DNA from: Eledone cirrhosa
Taxonomy: Eukaryota
NCBI GenBank assembly: GCA_964016885.1
Contig: OZ024754.1
Location: 23,126,001-23,190,000, forward strand
Reading direction: 5' to 3'
DNA length: 64,000 bases
In this document: in pieces, positions 1-15,511 of the stretch
How positions within the stretch are numbered: position 1 is the stretch's first letter
How the letters are laid out: each line of letters opens with the position of its first letter
Made by a program: the position numbers and the translations under genes
Notes under the pieces: model-generated
What the model was told of the DNA's origin: nothing
Seen by the model: only the letters and a program-made list of their open reading frames with translations
Database searches by the model: none

Positions 1-935
1 TACAATTTGTCTGTCTCGATATAAGTCAATAAAGACAAGCTTATATTGGCAAAAGCCGTGATTCCTGGACAAATTTAAATTTCAAAATCCAATCTTTCAA
101 ATGAAAGTAGATGAATTTGAACTTCGAAACCCAAATATGTTTCGCAACGATGGTACATGAATTGAAAAATAAAGAGAATCGAAATGGAATTGAAATAAAA
201 AGTGAAATATCCAAATCTTCTGTGCTTATCAACAATAAGCTTGTCTTTATTGACTTATATCGAGACAGACAAATTGTATTCACTTTAATTAGTTTATTTC
301 ATGCTAGCTAACTTTGTCTCTTACAATACAAACACGTTTTGTGTTCATCATATATATTAATATATAACTTGTATTTCACTGCTCAGAAATGCCTCTTTCT
401 TTGAGCTGATTAATTGTAAACGACTATGAGTTTAATCTCTAAATATAATATAGTATATTGCTCCTTAACTGTAGAGCTGATCTTTAATCCCGTATAAACG
501 TCTGTTATTTCTAGCACTGGGAATACGGGATGGCTAGTATAGTTGGCTACACTACGTGTAATCAGACCTGCAAAATTTTTGAAGGTGGAATGTACTAATT
601 TTACTGGATTCCTGTTGATAAGCACAGAAGATTTGGATATTTCACTTTTTATTTCAATTCCACTTCGATTCTCTTTATTTTTCAATTCATGTACCATCGT
701 TGCGAAACATATTTGGGTTTCGAAGTTCAAATACATCTACGGAGCGGGTTTGGATTTTGAAATTTAAATTTGTCCAGGAATCACGGCTTTTGCCAATATA
801 GGCTTGTCTTTATTGACTTATATCGAGACAGACAAATTGTATTCACTTTAATTAGTTTATTTCATGCTAGCTAACTTTGTCTCTTACAATACAAACACGT
901 TTTGTGTTTATCATATATATTAATATATAACTTGT
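1..935 (+). mobile_element. Non-coding PLE-like element (family A): inverted 5' segment plus ~563-bp tandem unit carrying a hammerhead
   Basis: 1-234 is the reverse complement of ~614-838. ~237-372 repeats directly at ~800-935. Ends in a (TA)n tract. Homologous to 20877-21916. Confidence 0.7.
607..782 (+). ncRNA. Type I hammerhead ribozyme, U3-A8 core variant, extended stem III
   Basis: Stem I GATTCCTG(607-614)/CAGGAATC(775-782); core TTGATAA(615-621); stem II GCA...TGC; GAAA(704-707); ~26-bp stem III rich in G-U pairs; GTC triplet 772-774. Confidence 0.7.
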
Positions 936-2281
936 ATATATGTATGTATGTATATATATGTATGTACGTATGTTTATATATCTATGTATATATATGTATA
1001 TATATATATGTATGTATATATACGTATATATATATGTATATATATGTATGTATGTATATATATGTATATATATATATGTCTACAGATGAAAAATGATTTA
1101 ATCTAGTAACGCTGTTGAGCAGTAGGACCAGGCTGCTGAGCGCAGTGAGTGAATGCATTGCAACTGCCGTGCGGGTTGTACATATATGGATGATCTGACG
1201 GTCAGAGAGGGGTCGCGAGGACTGCGGATTGACCTCTGGCCGGCCTGGGGATGATTATCTTTCGACATCCAATGTAGCAAGCGATGACCCAGAACTTACC
1301 AGAGATCATTGGGTCCTGAAGCAATCCTGCAATCACCGCGCCTGGTCCTATGAGTAGACTACAACCACAGAGATCATTAATTTAGAATCCGCGCTCATCA
1401 TCTATAATTTCCATTTGTGGCACCTTACGATGGGTTAATCCTCCATAATAATATGATCACCTTCAGCATAACTTAATTAAACCACTCTATAGTTAATACA
1501 CTTTATGCTTTAAACATTTTCTTGGAGGATGCGCATCACCATAGAAATTAGGGTCTATATTGTGACACATTTTAATAGCTAGGTATAGAAACCCCGGAGT
1601 TACCTCCCCGCATGCATTAACTCCCCTTAGCCACACACACACTTCCGGGTGGTATTCAATGGCGTTTCTCGAAACGTAACAGCCTCCTGTATTGAACTAA
1701 AGAACACCAGACTACGATCTCTAACTGGATTGTCAAATGCTCAATATCGGATTGTCGTGGATTATATGAGGGGCATATAATCGAAAAATACACTCCCCTG
1801 ACCATGAAAATGCCGAAGTACATGAAATACTTGACATCCCTTCGCTGTGCATCTCCAATACTTTTAACATTTTTAATGCTTGCACTATTTTTAATGCTTA
1901 TAACATTTCTCCACACACAGACTATATCAATCATATAAAGAATTTGCCACCAGATCTACCAACCTAACACTCTTGTTTACCTACCTAAGTGCCTCTACCA
2001 CACATATCTCTCTGCCACACTATATAAACAAGACGCACATACGTGCCACACATATAACATTTGCACTATATAACCGCTTATCTTCATGTTGTATCTTAAC
2101 CTGTATTTTTGATTTTTGATTGTACCTCTTAATATAAATGTAATCTCGAAGTGTGTACTGCCACTCTAAATTCTGTAATGAATGTTGACCCACAATGTTT
2201 GAATATGTATCAATGTTTGAATATGTATCGGTATGTCTCTCGGCTGAAAAGGAGGTCATATAACTGTCCATGCATTAATAA

Positions 2282-2334
2282 ATTGCTCCGAAGAATCCAA
2301 ACCTCGGTTTGGAGGAAACAGCTGTAAGCACAAT
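2282..2334 (+). ncRNA. Degenerate type I hammerhead ribozyme motif (family B)
   Basis: TGCT-CCGAAGA-A-TCCAAAC/CTCG/GTTTGGA-G-GAAA-CAGCTG-TA-AGCA. Palindromic stem III. U4C change and A.G at the base of stem II. Confidence 0.6.
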
Positions 2335-2534
2335 AATGTTTTGAACAGTTCTTTGATTCTTATATTTCATATAACTGCTCTGTAAATCATCTGATGTTTT
2401 TACATTGAGCTACTTAACTTACTGGTAATAAGGTAGTAATACATTACTGCCTACCACTATTTAGGGTGTGTGTTAAATACTTATAACTGCATAAGGTTTT
2501 GTACTTACATAACCATAAATAGTATAACTAATAC

Positions 2535-3029
<495 letters not shown>

Positions 3030-3224
3030 AGATAAATCTACCAAGAGTTTACGGTAGTGTCCAATCCGTATGAAGAACTCAATGTAATCCGGATATCATG
3101 GAAAGAAGAGATGCAATGAAAAATCACTTTCGGTGAAAGATAAACGGAATACAGAGTCAAGATAAAATATTAAAAAAATAATGAATAAAACAATGAAACA
3201 GTTCCTTATATTAAACAAAAAAAG

Positions 3225-3379
3225 TTCATTATTTCACGATCGTTTCTAGGATATATATGTGTTAGAATTGGCATGCATATTCAACAGATCTATGTACAAA
3301 ATTATACAAAATTATACAAACTATCAAAATTAAATATACATACCAAACACATATATATGCCGTCTTCAGAAATAATGAA
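3225..3379 (-). ncRNA. Family C hammerhead with long stem II insert, GUG triplet (probably inactive)
   Basis: Same fold as 12623-12776, but the triplet reads GTG. Confidence 0.6.
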
Positions 3380-4013
3380 ATATATTTATTGATAATAACA
3401 ACAATTCAAAATTACAGGTCTGTTTGGGAACAGAGTTCAAATTGACCAATGAAAATACAAAAGGTTTATACAGTTAGGTGTGTGTATATATATGTAAGTA
3501 ACTTCGTTCACAGATATGCATAAAGATATATGCTCACATGCATACGCATGCCAAAAAGATGTATGTAAATAAAAAAATTCAAGGCTAATGTCTCTGTATG
3601 TCTATAATCTACAGATAAAATACGTACACACATATAAATATAAAATAAATATATACACACATTCATATACTCACACATATACGTACATTCACACACACAC
3701 GCACGTATACGCATAAACATACACACAACCACGAACATACATACACACATACACCCCCACACACATATATATGTGTGTATATACTATCATCATAAGCATA
3801 TGGACATTAATGCGCGCACATAAACACTGCCACACATATTTAGATCCAGATACAGAAAGTAGGTGGGGGGGGGGGGGGGCGGAGAGGAGGTCAGTATTCA
3901 CCGGTGTCAACAGACTGCCTATTTATAAATGTATCTATAAACTTAGAAATAAAAAGAAAAGAAAAAGAAAAAAGAAATATATCAAGAAAATATATATATA
4001 TATATACATACAT

Positions 4014-4062
<49 letters not shown>

Positions 4063-4111
4063 CACATATATATAAACAAGTAAAACATAAAATATACATC
4101 GATATACATAC

Positions 4112-4148
<37 letters not shown>

Positions 4149-4367
4149 CATGCATATACATACATATACATACACATATACACAAACACATACATACACA
4201 TACATATACATACACACACCATATAAATACACATACACATACACACACGCATACATATAGAGACACATACATATACACATATAAATACATAGACATATAC
4301 ACACATATATATATATATATATATACACATACACGCATACATATATATATATACATTCACAACACAC

Positions 4368-4417
<50 letters not shown>

Positions 4418-4479
4418 CTACACACATATATAAACACACTCATGTATATACACACATACACATACATACCCACATATAA

Positions 4480-4598
<119 letters not shown>

Positions 4599-4675
4599 TA
4601 TATATACACACACACATACACACACATACACATACACATATATAAAGATATATATACACACACACCCACATATAG

Positions 4676-4717
<42 letters not shown>

Positions 4718-5037
4718 CACACACATACATATATATACACACATACATACACACACATACATACTCATACATAGACATACATATATACACACACACATAC
4801 ACACATACATATACGCATATATACACATACATACACATCCATGTATGCGTATATACATACAAACAAACACCACCACACGCTCACACAACTCAGACATACA
4901 TAGATAAAGGGATATACATACACATATATACAAATATAAATAGAGATACATATACATATATAAATATATACACACGTACACACACAAACACACATACATA
5001 TACATACATACATACATATACACACGCATACACACAT

Positions 5038-5132
<95 letters not shown>

Positions 5133-5315
5133 CATATATATAAAAAAATAAAGAAATAAGATAAATAAATAAATAAATAAATTAATACACACAGTCAGAC
5201 AAATATGCACACACATACATATACACATATATATACACATACACATATATATATACATATATATATATATACATAAATACATACATATATATATATACAC
5301 ATACACACATCAACT

Positions 5316-5374
<59 letters not shown>

Positions 5375-5545
5375 TATAATATAATATATATATATACACA
5401 CACTCACATATACATGCGCACATACGTACACATATACACATACACACATATACACATAGACATATACATGTGCATACATATACATACACACATATACCCA
5501 CATAAATACATAGATACATATATATATACATACATATATATACAC

Positions 5546-5576
<31 letters not shown>

Positions 5577-6817
5577 TACATATATATATACATATATATA
5601 TATACACACAATCATACACCCTTATTTACATGTGCACATATGTATTTTTATACTCACATACAAACACCCAAACATACATACCTACCTACATATACATACA
5701 TACATCCACGCTTACAAATACAAATAATAATAGTAGGGGGGGGGAAGGGGGCGGGATTATAGTAAATATAGGTTTCAAGAAACATAGAATATTAATCTGC
5801 ATTTAGATCATAATATGTGTTTACATAGTTTCAGTATTAGGAAATGTAAGGAAGAAGGCAAAATTATGCATTTCAATATAAGTATACCATTAATTATAGG
5901 TTAACTAAACTAAAGATAGTTAATATATTGATTTCTAAGGTGTATACTACTTAGGTTTATAATATTTGAAGCGGAATTTTGAAGTTAAATAGTAGTAGAG
6001 TATTAATTATAGTATAACTAAATTAAAATTATTAACTTTATGGTATCAATATTAGGAAATGAATTTAGTAATAGGGAAAAACAAATAAAGTATTACATCG
6101 GTAGTAGAATATAAATTATAGGTTAACTAAATTAAAAATTATATATTAATTTCTATAGTATATGTTAATTAGGTTTATAATAATTAAAATAGATATTGTA
6201 TTTTATCTATAGTAGAATATAATTATAGGTAAACAGAAATTAAAATTAAAATTAAAATTAAAATTAAAATTAATACATACACATATACATATACATATAT
6301 ATATACATATATATATATATACATACACATATATACATACATATACATATTTTTTCAAAAATTGCAAAGAATATATTAACTAGGTATACATCCAAAACCT
6401 ATCTCAGTCTATGATTACATGACACTCTGCAATCCATCTGTATTAGGATATTAATTTTAAGCCAATTAAATTAAATTTTTAGGTTGACCAAATTTAAAAC
6501 CAAATTATAAATATATTTCTAAAAATGTACATTAATTAGGTCTATAATACTAAAAATTATTTCTCTGTCATTGAATACACGATATTTTGCTATATTTTAT
6601 CTGTAAAGGAATTTAAATAAAATAAAAGGTTAAATAAATTAAAATTAATCTATAAATTAATTTACGAAGTATATATTAGTAATATTTAAAAGTTTTTCAC
6701 AATTTATGATTACGCAATATTTTATAATCTCATCTGTAGTAGAATTTTAATTAAATTAAATTTATAGGTTAACTAACATTTAAATTAAATTATATATTAA
6801 TTTCTAAAATAATGTTA

Positions 6818-7400
6818 TTAATTAGGTTTATAATATTTAAATATTTTTCTTAGTTTATGATTACACGATATAATTAATTCCTGTCGTTTATTTAATAGGA
6901 TATCCTTAGATTTCATTATTTCAAATAGTTCTTGGGAACATAATCTACATTCATTTCTATTATTTTGATAAGGGGTGGCTCTTTTGAGCACACTCCAGGT
7001 CAAATCATATTCTATATTCTTATTTTTATAACTATTGATTTTTTCTGCTAGAGATGTTGTATTAGCCAGTGCGGCATTTTAAAAACTATGTTTGTGGGTA
7101 TTAAACCTTGCCTTAAAATTGTTAGAAGTAGCTCCTATATATGAGCAAATAGAATCTTTAGTTTTAACATTACATTTATAAACTATGTTGTTAACAAGAC
7201 AATTTCCTTTTAATGGGCAGTTTGCTTTGTTTCTACAGTTACAACCTTTCGTTAATTCTGTATTTGAGGAGATATTATGGTTAGTTTGATGTATTGGTGG
7301 TATACTTATGGTATTCTTACATTTATATGCATTATAGGCACTTATATTTTGTTTTATGTTATTTGTTGTTGAGTATGAGAATTTAACTGTAGACCTATTT
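6818..7400 (-). pseudogene. GIY-YIG endonuclease C-terminus of a PLE ORF (Hydra-clade-like motifs)
   Basis: IVY...YIG motif, CxCxxxxxCPL linker, CxLC and LNKR-E-C-H tail. One frameshift near 7080. Confidence 0.85.
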
Positions 7401-7425
7401 AAATCTTAAATAGGTCTACAGTTAA

Positions 7426-7817
7426 AAGGAAATTGTCTTGTTAACAACATAGTTTATAAATGTAATGTTAAAACTAAAGATTCTATTTGCTCATATATAG
7501 GAGCTACTTCTAACAATTTTAAGGTAAGGTTTAATACCCACAAACATAGTTTTAAAAATGCCGCACTGGCTAATACAACATCTCTAGCAGAAAAAATTAA
7601 TAGTTATAAAAATAAGAATATAGAATATGATATGACCTGGAGTGTGCTCAAAAGAGCCACCCCTTATCAAAATAATAGAAATGAATGTAGATTATGTTCC
7701 CAAGAACTATTTGAAATAATGAAATCTAAGGATATCCTATTAAATAAACGACAGGAATTAATTATATCGTGTAATCATAAACTAAGAAAAACATTTAAAT
7801 ATTATAAACCTAATTAA
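7426..7817 (+). pseudogene. Inverted copy of the same GIY-YIG fragment
   Basis: ORF 7632-7817 differs from ORF 6818-7003 at one residue and shares the same frameshift. Confidence 0.85.
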
Positions 7818-8305
7818 TAACATTATTTTAGAAATTAATATATAATTTAATTTAAATGTTAGTTAACCTATAAATTTAATTTAATTAAAATTCTACTATA
7901 GATGAGATTATAAAATATTGTGTAATCATAAATTGTGAAAAACTTTTAAATATTACTAATATATACTTCGTAAATTAATTTATAGATTAATTTTAATTTA
8001 TTTAACCTTTTATTAAAATTCCTTTACAGATAAAATATAACAAAATATCGTGTATTCAATGACAGAGAAATAATTTTTAATATTATAGACCTAATTAATG
8101 TACATTTTAGAAATATATTTATAATTTGGTTTTAAATTTGTTTAACCTAAAAATTTAATTTAATTGGCTTAAAATTAATATCCTAATACAGATGGATTGC
8201 AGAGTGTCTTGTAATCATAGACTGAGATAGGTTTTGGATGTATACCTAGTTAATATATTCTTTGCAATTTTTGAAAAAATATGTATATGTATGTATGTAT
8301 ATGTA

Positions 8306-8346
<41 letters not shown>

Positions 8347-9008
8347 GTATATATATATATGTGTATGTATTAATTTTAAATTCTGTTTACCTATAATTAT
8401 ATTCTACTATAGATAAAATACAATATCTGTTTTAAATATTATAAACCAAATTAACATATACTATAGACATTAATATATAATTTTTAATTTAGTTAACCTA
8501 TAATTTATATTCTACTACCGATGTAATACTTTATTTGTTTTTTTCCCCTATTACTAAATTCATTTCCTAATATTGATACCATAACGTTAATAATTTAAAT
8601 TTAGTTATACTATAATTAATACTCTACTACTATTTAACTTCAAAATTCCGCTTCAAATATTATAAACCTAAGTAGTATACACCTTAGAAATCAATATATT
8701 AACTATCTTTAATTTAGTTAACCTATAATTAATAGTCTACTTATATTAAAATGCATAATTTTGCCTTCTTTCTTACATTTCCTAATACTGAAACTACTAT
8801 GTAAACACATATTATGATCTAAATGCAGATTAATATTCTATGTTTCTTGAAACCTATATTTACTATAATCCCCTTCTCCCCCCTCCCCCCTATTATTATT
8901 TGTATTTGTAAGCGTGGGTGTATGTATGTATATGTAGGTATGTATGTTTGGGTGTTTGTATGTGAGTATAAAAATACATATGTGCGCATGTAAATAAGGG
9001 TGTATGAT

Positions 9009-9099
<91 letters not shown>

Positions 9100-9209
9100 C
9101 TATGTATTTATGTGGGTATATGTGTGTATGTATATGTATGCACATGTATACGTCTATGTGTATATGTGTGTATGTGTATATATGTACGTATGTGCGCATG
9201 TATATGTGA

Positions 9210-9243
<34 letters not shown>

Positions 9244-9297
9244 GTATATATATTTGTAGTTGATGTGTGTATGTGTATAAATATATGTATGTATATG

Positions 9298-9342
<45 letters not shown>

Positions 9343-9454
9343 ATATATATATGTATATGTATGTGTGTGCATATTTGTCTGACTGTGTGTATTAATTAAT
9401 TTATTTATTTATTTCTTTTATTTCTTTATTTTTTTTTATATATATGTATGTATA

Positions 9455-9542
<88 letters not shown>

Positions 9543-9735
9543 GATAAATCTACCAAGAGTTTACGGTAGTGTCCAATCCGTATGAAGAACTCAATGTATT
9601 CCGGATATCATGGAAAGAAGAGATGTAATGAAAAATCACTTTCGGTGAAAGATAAACGGTATACAGAGTCAAGATAAAATATTAAACAAATAATGAATAA
9701 ACAATGAGACAGTTCCTTATATTAAACAAAAAAAG

Positions 9736-9889
9736 TTCATTATTTAACGATCGTTTCTAGGATATATATGTGTTAGAATTGGCATGCATATTCAACAGAT
9801 CTATGTACAAAATTATACAAAATTATACAAACTATCAAGATTAAATATACATACCAACACATATATACGCCGTCTTCAGAAATAATGAA
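9736..9889 (-). ncRNA. Family C hammerhead with long stem II insert
   Basis: Reverse complement of 12623-12776. Confidence 0.7.
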
Positions 9890-10222
9890 GTATATTTATT
9901 GATAATAACAACAATTCAAAATTTCAGGTCCGTTTGGGAACAAAATTGACCAATGAAAACACAAAAGGTTAAATGCAGATCGGTGTGTGTATATACATGT
10001 AAAACCCTTACACATATTTTACAAAAATGTATGCATAATGTGTGGTTGTATATATATGTATGTCTCTCTATTTATATGTCTATCTTCGTATCTAAGTGGA
10101 TATATGTGTGTGTCTGCATGTATACACATATATGTGTTTATGTGTATATGTGTGTATGTGTATATATGTGCGTATGCACACACATATATATGTGAGTGTG
10201 TATATGTGTCTATGTATATGTA

Positions 10223-10255
<33 letters not shown>

Positions 10256-10306
10256 TTATATAGGTGTCTATGTGTGTATATATGTCTATGTTCGTATGTG
10301 TGTATG

Positions 10307-10361
<55 letters not shown>

Positions 10362-10624
10362 GTATATATATATATATATATATTATTTATTATTATAATA
10401 TAACTTATGTGTATGTGTGTATATGTGAGGGTGTGTATATGTATATAATATGTGTATATATATGTGTAAAAAATATATATGTGCATGTCTGTTTTTTATG
10501 TGTGTGTGTATATATATATATATATATGTGTGTGTATATATATGTATATGTGGGTGTTTGTATGTGTATTTATGGTGGTATGTGCGTGTGGGTATGTTTA
10601 TATATATATATGAATGTATGTGTG

Positions 10625-10657
<33 letters not shown>

Positions 10658-11011
10658 GTATATATATATCTCTATTAATGCGTGTATATATGTATATGCA
10701 TATGCCTTTTTATTTTTATTTGTATGTCTGAGTTGGGTGAAGTTGTAGTGGTTTTCTATGTATATACGCATATATGGATGCGTATGTATTTGTATATATG
10801 AGTAAATGTAAGTGCATATGTATGTATGATTATATATCTAATTCTATGTATGAATATATATATGTGTGTATGTAAGTTATGTGTGTATGTATGTATATGT
10901 CTATGTGTGTATATATATATGTATGTATGTGTGTGTATGTATCTATGTATGTGTATGTATGTACATGTATGTCTATGTATGTGTGTATGTATGTGTATGT
11001 ATGTATGTATA

Positions 11012-11078
<67 letters not shown>

Positions 11079-11117
11079 CTTTATTATTTATTTTTTATAT
11101 ATATGTGTGTGTGTGTA

Positions 11118-11148
<31 letters not shown>

Positions 11149-11301
11149 CTTTATATATGTGTATGTGTAGGTTCGTGTAGGTGTATGTGTGTGTATGACT
11201 TTATATGTATGTGTGTATGTGTGTATGCGTATATATTTCTATGTGTGTGTACATGTATGTATGTGTATGTATGTGTATGTGTGTGTATGTGTATATGTAT
11301 G

Positions 11302-11333
<32 letters not shown>

Positions 11334-11672
11334 TATATGTGTGTATATATATATATATATATCTATATGTTTTTCTATTTGTATATGTATGTGTGTATAG
11401 GTATATACCTTTCTCTTGGTATGTCTAAGTTGTGTGATAGTGTAATGGTGTTTGTATGTATATACTGATATATAGATGCGTAAGTATTTGTCTGTATGTA
11501 TGTATGTATGTCTGTATATATTTGTGTGTATATATAGCTATGTATATGTATATCTGTATGTATATAAGTATGTAAGTGTTGTATATGTGCGTGTATGTGT
11601 GTGTATATATATGTGTGTCTATATAGTATGTGTGACTATATGTATATGTGTGTGTGTATGTATATATATATG

Positions 11673-11737
<65 letters not shown>

Positions 11738-11887
11738 ATGTATATGTTTATGTGTATATGTATGTATGTGTGTATATGTATATGTTTATATATGTGTGTG
11801 TATGTATGTTCTTAGTGTGGATGTGTGTATATGTATGTATGTGTTTGTATATGTGTATATATATGTATGTGTGTGTGTGTGTGTGTG

Positions 11888-11988
<101 letters not shown>

Positions 11989-12622
11989 TTTCTTGATATA
12001 TTTCTTTTTTCTTTTTTCTTTTTCTATTCTTTCCTCTTTAATGTTTATTTATTATTTATTATTTTTTATTTTTTCTTAGTTTATAGATACATCTATAGTA
12101 AGCAGTCTGCCCAGACCGTTGAATACTGACCTCTTCCCCCCCTCCCACCTAATTTCTGTATCTTGATCTAAATGTGTGTGCCAGTGTTTATGTGAGTGAA
12201 TTAATATCCATGTGCTTATGATTTTATATCCACATATATAAATGTGAGTGGGGGTGTGTGTGTGTTTGTATGTTCGTGGTTATGTGTATATTTATGCATA
12301 TACGCGCGTGTATGTGTGATTGTACGGATATGTGTGAGTATGAAAAAATATATTTATATACTTATTTCATATCTGTGTGTCTACACGCATCTTATCTGTG
12401 CATTATAAACTTACAGAGACATTAACCTTGAAATTTTGTATTTGCATCCATCCTTTTAGTATGCGTATACAGATTATGCATACATTTTTGTAAAATATGT
12501 GTAAGGGTTTTACATGTATATACACACACCGATCTGCATTTAACCTTTTGTGTTTTCATTGGTCAATTTTGTTCCCAAATGGACCTGAAATTTTGAATTG
12601 TTGTTATTATCAATAAATATAC

Positions 12623-12776
12623 TTCATTATTTCTGAAGACGGCGTATATATGTGTTGGTATGTATATTTAATCTTGATAGTTTGTATAATTTTGTATAAT
12701 TTTGTACATAGATCTGTTGAATATGCATGCCAATTCTAACACATATATATCCTAGAAACGATCGTTAAATAATGAA
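12623..12776 (+). ncRNA. Family C type I hammerhead with ~115-nt stem II domain
   Basis: Stem I TTCATTATTT/AAATAATGAA (10 bp); CTGAAGA 12633-12639; GAAA 12755-12758; palindromic stem III ACGATCGT; GTT triplet 12764-12766. Confidence 0.75.
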
Positions 12777-12829
12777 CTTTTTTTGTTTAATATAAGGAAC
12801 TGTCTCATTGTTTATTCATTATTTGTTTA

Positions 12830-12904
<75 letters not shown>

Positions 12905-13323
12905 ATATATATGTATGTGTGTATGTATGTGTATGTATGTGTGTGTGTGTGTGTACGTGTGTATATATTTATATGTGTATATGTATCTCTATTTATATAT
13001 GTATTTATGTGTATGTATATCCCTTTATTTATGTATGTCTGAGTTGTGTGAGCGTGTGTATATGTATGTGTATGTATGTGTGTGTGTACGTGTGTATATA
13101 TTTATATGTGTATATGTATCTCTATTTATATATGTATATATGTGTATGTATATCCCTTTATTTATGTATGTCTGAGTTGTGTGAGCGAGTGGTGGTGTTT
13201 GTATGTATATACGCATACATGGATGTGTATGTATGTGTATATATGCGTATATGTATGTGTGTATGTATGTGAGTATATATGTATGTCTATGTATGAGTAT
13301 GTGTGTGTGTGTATGTATGTGTA

Positions 13324-13374
<51 letters not shown>

Positions 13375-13432
13375 TATATGTGTGTATGTATATATATCTT
13401 TGTATATGTCTATGTGTATATGTGTGTATGTA

Positions 13433-13502
<70 letters not shown>

Positions 13503-13591
13503 TATGTGTATATGTATATATATATATATATATGTGTGGGTATGTATGTGTATGTGTGTATATACATGAGTGTGTTTATATATGTGTGTAG

Positions 13592-13709
<118 letters not shown>

Positions 13710-13776
13710 ATATATGTATATATATATGTATATATATATATATACGTGTATATATATGTATGTATGTATATATATG

Positions 13777-13828
<52 letters not shown>

Positions 13829-13936
13829 TGTATGTATGTATGTATGTATGTATGTATGTATGTATATATATGTATATATATATGTATATATATATGTATA
13901 TATGTGTATATATATATGTATATATACATATATGTA

Positions 13937-13967
<31 letters not shown>

Positions 13968-14119
13968 ATATGTATATATATATATGTATATATATGTATA
14001 TATGCATATATATGTATATATATATATGTATATGTAGGAGGTGAGTTTTATTGTAGTACATTAAAGCAATGCAGATATCGGATAAGTAGCACTCTACAGT
14101 TTGTAGGACTGGAGTATAA

Positions 14120-14226
14120 ATAATTGTTTCTACTTTTGGCACAAGGACAGCAATTAACCAGTACATTACTGGTACTTTATTTTATCGACCCCGTAAGGAT
14201 GAAAGGCAAAGTTAACCTCGGCGGGA
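14120..14226 (-). mobile_element. tRNA-derived SINE, 5'-truncated
   Basis: Nearly identical to 20678-20782. Core GCCTTTCATCCTTACGGGGTCGATAAAATAAAGTACCAG resembles the Nin domain. Confidence 0.8.
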
Positions 14227-14256
14227 AGATCAAAAGATGGTTAAAAGAGTTCCATA

Positions 14257-14327
14257 TATTTTATTATGCGCATTTCAAAAACAAATATCATCATGCGATG
14301 ATATTTGCCTTTTCATCAGATAAAATA
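14257..14327 (-). ncRNA. Type I hammerhead ribozyme (family D)
   Basis: Minus strand: TATTTTAT-CTGATGA-16-bp stem II (loop GCAT)-GAAA-TGCGCA-TA-ATAAAATA. Confidence 0.85.
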
Positions 14328-14654
14328 GGGAGACATGATATCAAGGTATATAACACTTGTGAATAGTGCAGTTTTAAATCAACATATGAAAAGTAGTTTA
14401 AGATTGATGTGTGATATTGGGAAAAAAATGAGGGGGGGGGGAAGGATGAAAAAGAGGAGGAGATGAGAGTAAAGAATGGAGGGGGAGGAGTGTAATAAGG
14501 AAGGATGAGATAGGAGGAGAGATGGGTGATAGAAAGAGAGAGATAGCCTTTATAACTGAAAAAAATATATTGTTTTACAGAGAGAGGTTAAAAAGCCGTT
14601 GGAAGATAATATATAGATTAAAAGTATTTGAAAATAATGAAGAGAAAAAAAATT

Positions 14655-14965
14655 AAGAATAATGTTAAATTAAGGTTTGTATATTGAAGGGTTTAATAAT
14701 ATGTGCGATGAAAAGAAATTGTTAATATGTATTAAGAATAATATTAAATTAAGGATTGAAGGGTTTAATAATATGTGCGATGAAAAGAAATTGTTAATAT
14801 GTATTAAGAATAATATTAAATTAAGGATTGAATATTGAAGGGTTTAATAATATGTGCGATGAAAAGAAATTGTTAATATGTATTAAGAATAATATTAAAT
14901 TAAGGTTTGAATATTGAAGGGTTTAATAATATGTGTGATGGAAAGAAATTGTTGATATGTATTAT
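14655..14965. repeat. ~71-78-bp tandem repeat, ~4 copies
   Basis: TTGAAGGGTTTAATAATATGTG(C/T)GATG(A/G)AAAGAAATTGTT recurs 4 times. Confidence 0.9.
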
Positions 14966-15454
14966 TAAAATAAAAATATTAATGTTATTAAGGATATAAT
15001 GTGAAAAGAAGTAGAAGAGTGGATGAATTAGGAATTTGGAGGTTAGTTAGGGTTTAAGTTTGTTTTTATGTATTGTGATGTGTAATATGTAAAAGTTAGA
15101 CGAGCATGAAAGGGAGAAAAAATAATGAATTGAGGATGAATAATCTAACGTAAAAAAAAAATCTGTTTACGAGGGATTTTTAAAGGTGATACTAAAAAGT
15201 ATTTAAAGGGTAATAGTAAGTTTTATGGCCAGTGATATGATGGAAGAAAGAAGAGTGGATATATTGTGGTGAGTAATAATGAGAATTGAGAAGTATCGAG
15301 GAAGAAAAGGTACAGGTTAGAAATTAAACGAAAAAAGGAAAAAAGAAAGAAAGGGAAGTGATAAATAGGAGTGATATCGAATGAGTAATTAGTATTATAT
15401 AATGTATAATAAATAACATTGAAATAAGGTAGAAAGATGGGTATATTTTTAAAG

Positions 15455-15511
<57 letters not shown>

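Noticed and set aside
1700-1970. Possible GIY-YIG remnant (IVKCSISDCRGLYEG) upstream of hammerhead B
   Set aside because: Too degenerate to support without a profile search.
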